NCBI GenBank assembly: GCA_013265495.1
Contig: MU057809.1
Location: 870,001 to 918,041 of the forward strand
Direction of reading: 5' to 3'
Length of the DNA: 48,041 nucleotides
DNA from: Vicugna vicugna
Lineage: Eukaryota
The notes beneath the pieces are model-generated. The model worked only from the letters and a program-made list of their open reading frames with translations, did not search any database and was not told where the DNA came from. The position numbers and the translations under genes are program-made. How positions within the stretch are numbered: the stretch's first letter is position 1; each line of letters begins with the position of its first letter. Shown here one piece after another: positions 24,301-34,319 of the stretch.

Positions 24301-24710
24301 ACAGGTAAGAGCAGGTGGGAGCAGGAGGGAGCAGGTGGGAGCAGGTGAGAGCAGGTGGGAACAGGAGGGAGCAGGTGGGAGCAGGTGAGAGCAGGTGGGA
24401 ACAGAAGGGAGCAGGAGGGAGCAGGTGAGAGCAGGTGGGAACAGAAGGGAGCAGGAGGGAACAGGTGGGAACAGGTGGGAGCAGGTGGGAACAGGTAGGA
24501 CTAGGTGAGAGCAAGTGGGAGCAGGTGAGAGCAGGTGGGAGCAGGTGGGAACAGGTAGGACTAGGTGAGAGCAAGTGGGAGCAGATGAGAGCAGGTGAGA
24601 GCATGTGGGAGCATGTGGGAACAGGTGGGAACAGGTGGGAGCAGGTGAGAGCAGAAGGGAGCAGGTGAGAGAAGGTGGGAACCGGTGGGAATGGGTGGGA
24701 GCAGGTGAGG
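24301..24710. repeat. 10-bp minisatellite, 41 units, consensus GCAGGTGGGA
   Basis: Read directly: an uninterrupted 10-nt register with variant units (gcaggtgaga, acaggtggga, gcaggaggga, acagaaggga and others). Confidence 0.98.
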
Positions 24711-27700
24711 TTGCGGGGGGAACTTCGGGTCCAAGGACTGACCACTGTGCCCCTGGGGGGCAGGCCAGGCAGGAGGAATGTGCGGTGAGAGGTCGGCGGG
24801 GGCTTGTGGGGGTCTGCTGGGTGGAGAGTGGACGGGCCAGGGCCGTGAGAGCGCTGGGGTGGGAGGGAAGCAGTGCTGCGGGAAAGGGAAGGCGGCGGAG
24901 GCTGGGAGAGTCTATCATTAGACTGCGCTCCTGCCTGGGGACGTGGGGCCGTCTCCGCGGGCACCGTGAGCTTTCCACTCACAGGGAACCCGGCAATTTT
25001 CTACCCACTCCGTTTCCAAAAAAGATACACTTATTTTAAATGTCACTGGGCTGCAGTCTGGTCCCTCTCCTGAGCAGAGCCGCAGGCTGGCTGTGGGGCA
25101 GCCCCACCCGCACGCAGAGGAAGCAGGCAGGGCGGGGGCTCATGGGGTGGGCTCCACCGCAGGGGTCAGCCCACCTCCGAGGGACAGAGGGCTGCGAGCT
25201 CCAACCCCAGAGAAGAACTCTGCCTAATTATGTGCATGCTGAAGCGTCAGAGGAACGGGCACAGACGTCTGCAATTTGCTGTAAAACGTCTCAAGCAGAC
25301 AGAAAGCCCTGATGGATGGAAGAGGGCGGAGAGGTGCGTCATAAAGCAGCCCCAGCAGAGCGTCCGTGGCCGGATGGCGGGTCCTCGGGTGTTCGCTGTA
25401 ACACAACCAGCTCTGCTGTGTGTCTGACAATGTCCATAAAGCGCTGGGGAGACCTAGCAGAGCTGAGTCTCCACGCTGCCTCCACCATCACACTCGGGAC
25501 CCAGGGTGGGCCCAGGGGCGGTGACAGAACCAGCGTGTAACCAGGCTGCGCCCACAACGTGAGCGCTCGCTCCTCTCTGTGGAGGGGTGTCCAGCCCCGG
25601 TCAGGGCTGCCTGGCAGGCAAGCGTCCGCCACGTCCAAAGCTGCTGTGCGTCCGGCCCTCCATGCAGCTTGGTGCCGTGGCAGCCCCGACGGTGGCCCAC
25701 AAGAAACCCAAGCGTGGACAACCGTGTCATGACCAAGGTGTGTCGGGGGGGTCACACATGACAGTCGCAGCAGCGGCTGTGCTCTCGGGGCTGGCATGTC
25801 ACCGTGTTCTCTGAGATGGGCTGCAGGGGAGCAGACTGAGACCAGGGCCTCTGCTGGTGAGGGACAGAGCCAACACCCAGGCCCAGTGTGCCCCCACCCC
25901 CAGCAGAGGGTCCCTGGAGGTCTGTCAGGACAAACGGCAGCAGCGCCCGCATTCCCAGTCGTGGGAATCCCAGGCCAATGGAGGAGTGCCTGGGGTGGGG
26001 TGGGACGGGGCAGGAGGAAGGTGGGGGCACCCAGGAAGTACCCCCAACCAGGCCAGTGGCCCAGTGATGCCAGGGCTGCTGGGAAAGGCTGGGAGGGTGT
26101 GGAAAGGGGGGCGGGCAGGCCTGGGCACCCACTGTTCCCACCGGTTCCCCAAGAGTCTGGTTTCCAGAGCCCCCGACTCCTGCAGCCATACCAGGAACCA
26201 TAGAACGGCTCCCGCTCAGACTCAGAGTTCCAGCTGGTTTGCGCAGTTTCAGTCCTCGGGAACATGTTCGAAGTCCATCCTGTCTCTACAGAATGACCGA
26301 TCATGTCTGGCTAACTGGGCCTCCGCTTCCCCATCTCTAAGCAGGGGCTTCGCCTCCCTGACAGCTGGCGACATTAGGAACGCACACATGCATGCAGGTC
26401 ACCCCAGATGAGCGAGGACAGCTGAGGACCCCAGAGGGACCTGGACAGGCCAAGGACACAGAAGGAGGTGGCCCGGGAGCCTCCCTCCCAGGCCCTGTCC
26501 CGCAGCCCGGAGGAGCACGCCCAGCTCTGGGCAGTAACTGGAGCCGTTTTCTCACCAACCAGCTGTGAGCTAATTACAAAGACTTCTAACTAGTTGAGCG
26601 CCCTCTCCAAGCATATGTTCCCAATTAAGTCAAACTGCAGCGGATTTTAATCAATCTTCCTTGAAGCGGCCGACTTGGAGGCTCCTCCGGAGGGAGAGGA
26701 GAGATGTGCGTGCAGAGCAGGCGGCAGCGGCTGATAAGCACGCGGCGGGGTGGGGGGCTGCGCCCATGGGCCTCAGCGCGGCCTCCTCCGCTCCGCGTGG
26801 GCCGCAGGCCGCGCAGCCAGGCGCGCAGCAGCCAGGCCTGCAGGCGTGTGGTGCACTGTCCTGCTGTGCCAGCCCCGGGGGCAAAGAAGGGGATGAGGTC
26901 TTTGCCCTCGCAGTGGTGTGGTCAGATGTCCCCAGTGACCCCCATGTGGGTCACCGTCCCCAGTTTTCCACACTGGATGCACTGGGGCTCGGATGGGAAA
27001 GTCCCACAGCTCAGACAGCGTCCCCGAGGCCCCGCGGTGTGCGGATGTGCAGGCCCGTGTCCCTGACAGTGCCTGCTGTTTGCATGGGTCCACGTCACCC
27101 CCAGACCCATTCCAACGCCGCCTGGATCGGCTCCCTGAGCCACACAAGGTGCCTCCCCGTCCACTCTGCCGGGACCAGAATGACCCCGCGGGGGTCAGGG
27201 TGCCGCCCGCCATCTCCCTGCTCCCTCAGCAAGGCCTGCAGCTGCTCCTCCCAAGCTCAGCAAGTGCACGGTGATGGGGCAATGCTCCCTCCCCGGTGTC
27301 GGGGTTGGACAGGATGCCACGAGCGGCTCCAGGACGCACAGCCAGGCCCCCCTGCCCCACGCGAGGCCCACGTGGAGCCCAGGAGGCCGTATGTGGTCTG
27401 CGTTGCTGAGCCCATGCTGCACTGGGCACCGCCGGCCCTCCTCTCCTCCACAGGAACCCTCCGCCCAGCCACGTGACCCCTGACACCCTCACCGAGGACC
27501 ACTGCAGGATCCTCATGACAGGCCTCAAGCCCTGGAGCAGGAAGAAAGGAAACATCGATTTTGGCAGGACTTGCTGAGCCCCAGTCCGGGAGGCTGGGGA
27601 AGGCACCAGCCATGGCCTCAGGCTGAGCTCAACTAAGTACCAGGAAGACACCCCCCCAGCTCTGCCTGACAGGGCGCCGCTGACGGGCGGCCGGGAATGC

Positions 27701-28335
27701 ACCTGCCAGCAACAGCTCTCCCTCAGGACTGCGGCCCAATTAAAACGGCCCAAGATGACAGGTCCTGGAGCTGAACACAGTCCGGCTGCGGCTCATGGCG
27801 CCTTGCTTTATCAAGGCTGTCACTTCTCCCATCTCCAGGACTCGGGAATAAAAAAGAGATTTGATTTGCCTCTAATAGGTGTCAAGACAAAAATCAATGG
27901 CCTGTCCAAAATCTGGGTAATCACAAACCTGCAGGCTTCTTGCCATGGAACAATCGAGATGGGGATGAAGATGAAAAACAAAGTGAAACTAAAATAGTAT
28001 AAACAGCAGCCCTGCTTCACCACTGCAGGCTGACGGGGGCAGGGGGGCTGGGACGCAAACCCCAACCACACGGAGAAGCTCTGAGGGGCGCTGCCTTCCA
28101 CACCGCGGATGGCGAGCTCTGTGGCCAGCGGTCGGGAGGATGGCATGAAAACCCACGGGGCTGGTGACTGCGCAGCCAGTGGGCAGGCTGTCCTCGCCGG
28201 GCTCTGGGATACACACTCCCGGACAGCAGGGCGTGTGTGGGCCAGGACCCTGCACAAGTTTAGTCCGAGGAGCCGGGACCTCAGACGTGGAGTCCGGGAG
28301 GGAGTGGCAGGGCAGCGAGTCCTGGGATGGCTCAC

Positions 28336-28426
28336 CTGCAGGGTCAGCCGCTCCAGCTGCGCCTCTAGCATCTTCTTGTCCTCCTCCAGACGCCGCCGCT
28401 CCCCTTCCAGCTCCTCAATCTTCAAC
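28336..28426 (-). CDS. MAD1L1: MAD1L1 internal coding exon (equivalent to human exon 16), leucine-zipper-like coiled coil
   Basis: Acceptor ctctccctgcag|G, donor CTGCAG|gtgagc. 91 nt: the first G completes the Arg codon (AG+G), then LKIEELEGERRRLEEDKKMLEAQLERLTLQ (human LKVEELEGERSRLEEEKRMLEAQLERRALQ). Confidence 0.96.
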
Positions 28427-29029
28427 CTGCAGGGAGAGTGGATGTGAAGGGACCCCTGCCGTGACCCCTGGGGGGAAAAGGGGCAAGGCTACCAGACGGG
28501 GTTATAAAGTTTGCTCCCAAATGTGCATCTGTGAAATATGGGGGGGGGGCAGAAGCAACAGCAGGACGATGCTGCGGAGGACGCGGGAACTCAGACGACC
28601 ACCTGACGAGTCTCCACGGGAAGATCTCCGGCGTGGCTCGGGCCCGCCGGCGGCCAGAGGCTGGGGCGGGGCAGCAGGATGGGCCGGTCGCGGGGGGGAC
28701 GCAGGAAGGCTGCCGCTCACCGTGAGAAGGTGCCTGTTTGTGCTTCTTCTTTTTAATTTAAGTTTTTGAATAAGCACCACATTCATATGATTTAAAATCA
28801 AGTGCCCAGGAAGCAGAGCCAGCACTGACACAGGTGAGGAAAAGAGCCCTTCCCACCAGCCAGAGTGGGAAAGTTGCGTGCCACGGACGCACCAGGGAGG
28901 GCCTGGCTCGGGGGTGGGAGGAGAGCTGCTCAGGACGGCCCAGCAAACCACAAAACCAAGATCTGTGAGGACCGGCCTCCTCCCAGGGAACCCGAGTGCA
29001 CCTCCGAAAAAAGTTCAACACGACCTGTA

Positions 29030-32000
29030 AGAACACAAGAACGCCCAGCACCCAGCAAGCTAAGATTCACAATGTCTGCTGTCCAAACAGGGTCCCAGGC
29101 ATTAAAAGAAGCAGGAAAGTGTGACCCACGGTGAGGAAGGTGAGCAGGCAGGTAAGACCCACCAGGACGGCACAGGGCATCACGTGAGCGTCCACAGACA
29201 CTGGCACAGCTGTGAAACCCCCTGGAGGAGAGGGACGCTGCTGGGCTCAGCCGCTCAGCACGGATACGGGGACACAGCAAGGCCACAGCGAGCCCCTGGA
29301 GGTGGGCGTTACAGCGTCTGAGGGGGAGGCGCTGGACGAGACCAAGGACGGGTCAGACCCTGCAGGACAAAGGTTCAGTGCGCTTGAGGCAGAACCACAG
29401 AAGTGGAGGACGCTGGATCTTTAAACCTGAAGAGAGAGTCACCAAGCGGCGGGGAACCTCACGAAGCTGGAGTCACCGCAGGAAGCGAGGGACGCAAGGG
29501 GGCTTCCGACGTGATGGGAAATTCAAAGCCACAGATCCCAGAAGCCACACAAACCCAGCACAGCAAACAGGAAGAAAACAGCCCCAGAGCACAGAACAAT
29601 CCAGCTGCTCAAAAGCAGTGATAAAGGACCCACAAGCAGCCGCAGAAAGGAAGCGCTGCGCACGGAGGAGCAAGGCCGATTTCTCAGCAGAGACGTTGCG
29701 GGTGAGAAAGAGGAGAAAACTCTTTAAAATACTGGGAGATGCGGGGAGGGCACAGCTCAAGTGGTAGAGCACACGCTTAGTGTGCACAAGGCCCTGGGTT
29801 CAATCTCCAGCACCTCCTCAAAAAAATAAATAAACCTAATTACCTCCTCCCCACCAGATTAAAAAAAAATACTGGGAGAAAACTTAAAATGCCAGCCTGG
29901 AATTCTATTCCCAGTGAAAATACCTTTCAAAAAAAAGCAAAAGAACGCTGTTCTCAGACACCCAAGAGCAGAAGGAGCTCGTCACCAGCAGGCCTGGTCC
30001 AGAGGGAAGGCCAGGGGCGTCCTCCTGGGAGAGAGAAGGAGGCGCAGAGGGCGGTGCGGGCCCACACGGAGCGAGGAGCGCGGAGCCACAGGATGCGGGC
30101 AGGTGCGTGACCAGCACACCTTTAAGTCTGCTACGACACTTACGTGACCACTTTTTAAAGAGACTGACTGCTTTAACAAAACTAACAAAGTATCCTGGGG
30201 GTTTGAGACATGAGCACAAACAAAATGCGTGACAGCAGCCACGCAAAGGCTGCACAGACAGATGCACCCAGCTGCACGGAGCTGTGCTGCATGTGAAAAG
30301 GCGTGGCATCGCGTGAAGGCAGACTGAGGTAAGCGAAGGAAGTACACGGTAAACCTTCAACTAGCCCCTAAAATTAAAAAAAAAAAAGCTACAACTGAAA
30401 AGCCAGAAAAGGAAATAAAATGGAGTCATAAAAAACACCCAACTAATTTAAAAAAAGCCAGAAAAATAGGAAAACGGGAATGAACAAGAGATGGAATAAG
30501 CAGAAAACAGGGTGACAAGATCAAACCTAACCACACAGCGACCACAGCAAATGTGAGTGCTCTGAACACCCCCGTTAAACGGCAGAGAGACACTCACAAT
30601 GGATGGAAAAGCTGCACCCAGTTACACAGGCCGCCAACGAAAAGTGCACTTGCGACGTGAAGACGCAGGGTGGCGGTCACCTGCCCAGGAGGTCAGGACA
30701 ACGTGAAACATTCCTGCACTGATGGAAGCGTCACAGGAGAAGCAAAGGCCGGCGGAAATGCAGGAGAGATCCAGTCCACAGTCAGCGTCGGGCTTCGAGA
30801 CACTCTCCCAATAACTGACAGAGCAGCCAAGAGAAGGCACGGAGGGCAGAGCAGACCGAGCCCGTCAGCCCACCCGACCACCGCCCCTCCGGCCGTGCAG
30901 ACCCCCGGCTGCGCCGGCACAGGCCGGCCTCCCCGGGCACGCGGGGTGCCCACCAGGGCAGGCGGGCGCCGGCTGAAGGGGCCTGGGCGTACTGAGCACA
31001 GTCTCGTCTTTCAAAATGCATCCTGCGACCACAGCGAAATCACACTAGAAGTCGGTGACAAAGATACCCGGGGAACGTCATTTACAGCGGTATCTCCGAC
31101 AAGAGACACGCAGAGGCACGTGGAGAAGCGGCGGGAGGCCCCCCTGCGGTGGCCCCAGCCCGCTCCCCGAGGGCGACGGAGGGCAGCGCGCGGGGGCCGC
31201 CCTCCCCATGCCGGAGGCCACGGAATCGGAGCAGTCCCATCAGAGCCCAGGAGCTTCTCCGCACGTGCTGACGAGCCAACGCCAAGATTCACATGGAAAT
31301 GTGTCGAACCTAAAACTGTCAACACGACACGGAGAAAAGGCAAAGCTGGGGGCTGACAGGACCTACAGCTGTAGCCGTCAAGGCGGTGCCGGCCAGAGCC
31401 GGGCCGCCGGGCAGAGCGGCGCCCACGACGCACACGGGCAGCTTCGGGGCAGGTGTGGAAGGAACGGTGTTCCAACAGCGAGTGCTGGAAAGTCCTGACG
31501 TCCGTCTTTGTAGAACATGAGAAACTAACCCAAACCGTTAATAAACCTACATGTAAAGTAAAACATGATTAATTTGCATAAAACTACGGGCAAAGCCTTT
31601 GCGAACCTGGGACAGGCGGGGATGTCACAGCCACCACACCCCAATCCTCACACATGAAAGAAAAAACTGACCAAAGCTTCTCTTTAAAAGACGTGGTGCG
31701 GAGAACGAAGAGGCGCGTCTCAGGAAGCAAGGCTGGCGCCGCAGGGGGGCGCTCCAGAGCCCCAGGCAGCGAGCAGGGCTCCGGAGAAAACGGGCAGAAG
31801 CTCCAAAGAGATATTTTGCCAAAGGGACACAATGACAGGCACGTGAAGAGAGCCCAACGTCCCCAGGAAGCAAGGACGCAGGCCCCAGCAGCCCTGGACC
31901 GCTTGCCGCGTGGAGGCGGGAGGGGCGGCCGCTCCGACTCAGACGGCAGGCCTCTCAGAACGGAAACTCGCCGCGCCCCGCACACGTCCACACAGGGGCT

Positions 32001-32340
32001 TTACGTGTGACAAAGCGGCTCACTGACAACAGCCCCAAACTGGGGAGACGAGGTGTCCGCCAGCAAGCGTGCGCCGGGCGACGGCGCCTCTGTCCGAGGG
32101 AGGGGCGCCGGGACCCGCGCCGCGCGGCCCCTTCACCTGCGGGCGGGAGGCACAGCCCAGCTCCGCGCGGCTGCGGGGCGGGGGCCTCGTCACGCAAGAG
32201 GAAGTGTTTGGGGTGATGCCGCGTCCACCGCCTTGAGTGCGGTGCTGCCCCGGGGGTGCGGGGCCCTCTGTGTCCGTTGTGTGTCTCCCTCCATGTGTGG
32301 GTGTGAAAACGTGTGCGGCTGTACATTTACAAAACGAAGA
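29030..32340 (+). mobile_element. Degenerate, internally deleted LINE-1 (5' region, ORF1, inter-ORF and ORF2 pieces)
   Basis: gccgatttctcagcagagacg (ORF1 ADFS-ET), gcctggaattctattcccagtgaaaatacctttcaaaaa (ORF1 RILYP-like), an A-rich inter-ORF at ~30360-30520, and ORF2 remnants ccaagattcacatggaaatg. Boundaries approximate. Confidence 0.82.
29740..29865 (+). mobile_element. tRNA-derived SINE of camelid (Vic-1-like) type with target-site duplication
   Basis: ggggagggcacagctcaagtggtagagc...gccctgggttcaatctccagcacctcc, then tail aaataaataaacctaattacctcc and an A-run. Pol III A/B-box-like motifs present. Perfect 14-bp TSD aaaatactgggaga at 29726-29739 and 29866-29879. Confidence 0.92.
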
Positions 32341-32675
32341 GCCTTCGCTGAGCCAGCAAAGCCGTGAAGACCATGCTGCAGCAATGCCGCCGGCGCTGAC
32401 TGCTTTCCGCCCCCAGAAGCGGGCTGGCGGGTCAGGGCCAGCAGCCCTGCCCGCTGCCCCCCGGCCTGGTGCCGCACCCACAGCAGCAACGCCCGTGCAG
32501 GCGTTAGGGCTGCCTCTTGCGCCGCAGCCGGGGTCCCGGTCCCATGGAGGAGCACAGACCGGCATGGAGCTGCGGTGACTGCGCGGTCCGCCAGGCATCA
32601 TGGGGACCCGCGGCCGATCAGCAGAGCAGCGTTTCTGGCACCCAGGAGGGCCCAGGGCCCTCCACGCAGCTCACG

Positions 32676-32770
32676 TCCAATCTCCCCTTTTCAGAGGGGA
32701 AACTGAGGCTCACAGAGGGTAAGTGACTGCAGGGGAGCAGCCCGCCCAGGACCTGCGGTCCAGAGCCGGC
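32676..32770 (-). mobile_element. MIR SINE core remnant
   Basis: tccccttttcagaggggaaactgaggctcacagagggtaagtgact matches the MIR core (ccccattttacagatgaggaaactgaggctcagagaggttaagtgact). Confidence 0.8.
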
Positions 32771-33662
32771 AGTCAGGCGCCAGCGTGGATGCCCTCACCT
32801 GCTGGGTCAGCGCTGCCGGGGGAAGACCCAGAGGCGCCTCGCGTGTGCGGGAGGGTCAGGTGTGGGCACCTCCGGGAAGCCGCCTGGGGGAAGGGCTCTG
32901 CATCTAAGGCACAGGCTGGGTGAGCGCCCCGCTGCCAAGGCCCCTCTGAAAACAAACGTGACGGATAATGAAGGCTGGGGAGCAGACGTCCTCAGGGCTA
33001 ACTTCAGGTAAGCAGCCGTGTGCGGACGAAGACGTGTCAACAGGCGGGAGCTGGAACCTGTCCTGGCTGTCCGAGGACACACCACGTGAGCAGCACGCGC
33101 CTGTGGGCTTTACGGACGGCCGCTTCCTCCTCCGCACCCTCGTTTCCCGGAAAACTGCTCGCTCACCGAGGACGTGCGTGTCTGCTCGAAAGCTCACACG
33201 CTGGTCTGCCTTCCAGTGGTTTAACGCAATCAGCCTGCCCTAAGCTTCTTGAAACCGACAGACTCCAAGTTTTTTAACCACGGAGGGTATTACAGGAAAT
33301 GGATGGCGTCCCGGCCACTTCTTGAGAAGATGAAGCCAGTAGAAGCAGGGGGGTGCCTGCCAGGAGGAGCTGGCCGGAAAGGGGCATTTTATTTTGCCTA
33401 AAATACTCATACTGAGTGGACCACACGCCCTGGAAACTTCTGAGTGAAGAATGACTATCTTCCCAGAACTTGGGTAACGGGGTGGGGGCCAGATTCCTGG
33501 GGGGCCAGCTGGACGGGGAGCAGGCGGGACTGCAGGCCCAGCTGGCTGTGCTCGGGGATCTGCAGCCACATCGCCGCCGCTGGCTCATCTGCCCCTTGGT
33601 CATCTGTGGCCCGTGCTCCCGCGGCACCAGCTCCGGAGCTGCTCGTCCAGGAGGGGGGTCCC

Positions 33663-33980
33663 GCTCCAGGCTTTAACGTCTGTGTCTCCCCCAGACCCAC
33701 ATGTGGAAGCCCTAACCCTGTGTGATGGTATCTGGAGGTGGGTCTTTGAGGGTGAGCAGGTCAGATGAGGTCGGGAGAGGGCCATGTCCTCGTAAGGAGC
33801 CACCACAGTCTGCCGCTCGCTCCCTCTGCCTCGTGAGGACACGGCAGAAGGCGGTGTCGGCAAGCCAAGGAGGGGGTCTCAGAAGAGACCGAGCTTGCCG
33901 ACACCCCAATCTCAGACTTCTGGCCTCCAGAACCTTGAGAAAATGAACGCCTGTGGGTTAAGGTACCCGGGCTGTGGGGT
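33663..33980 (+). mobile_element. MaLR solo LTR, MLT1A/B-like
   Basis: aacgtctgtgtctcccccagacccacatgtggaagccctaaccc...gtgatggtatctggaggtgggtctttg...gtgaggacacggcagaaggcgg...tctcagacttctggcctccagaaccttgagaaaatgaa. Confidence 0.88.
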
Positions 33981-34319
33981 GGGTGAGGGTGGCCTGAGCT
34001 GGGCGCTGGGCAGGTGGCAGCGGCTGGTGGGTAGAGGCTGGCTGGTGGCGAGGCGGGCGCTGGAAAGGAGGGCGTGAAGGGCGGCTCCGGTGAGGCTCAG
34101 GGGCAGTGAACATGCTACTGGAGCCTGGAGCAAAGGGCAGCTCTGCCATCAGATCACAAAGATCCGGGCTGGCCTGCGCGCGTCCTGCGGAAGGCAGGGC
34201 GTGCGCGCGAGCCCCCGGGCTGCTGAGCTGAGATTTCCAAGCACGGAGGGAAGAGCGTCTTCGTCCTGACTGTTTACAGCAGGAGCTGTGACGGCACGGG
34301 CCCTGGGGCCTCACGTGAT

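Larger units (their letters stand above)
10006..28335 (-). other. MAD1L1: MAD1L1 intron (18,330 nt, phase 0, GT-AG)
   Basis: Lies between the 91-nt and 208-nt exons; the junction reads ...LTLQ|GDYD..., collinear with known MAD1. Confidence 0.9.

Noticed and set aside
24301..24710. Regular repeat array as a CRISPR locus, or as a repeat-protein gene (ORFs 24224-24982 and 24235-24978)
   Set aside because: Contiguous 10-bp tandem units with no unique spacers and no cas genes, in mammalian intron context. The ORFs exist only because the repeat lacks stop codons.
25339..26304. 321-aa minus-strand ORF and the many other 60-280 aa ORFs
   Set aside because: No homology that I recognise, mutually overlapping in several frames, and composition typical of random GC-rich DNA.
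27989..27997. MEF2 site (CTAAAATAG)
   Set aside because: One base short of the YTA(W)4TAR consensus.
28740..28805. AT-rich patch as a conserved enhancer
   Set aside because: Resembles the reversed 3' terminus of an old L1ME element (tttaatt...gaataagcaccacattcatatgatttaaaatcaa), so it is more likely a repeat remnant.
29743..29817. tRNA gene (Ala-like head with A and B boxes)
   Set aside because: It continues into a SINE tail and A-run and is flanked by a TSD, so it is a retroposed SINE rather than a tRNA gene.
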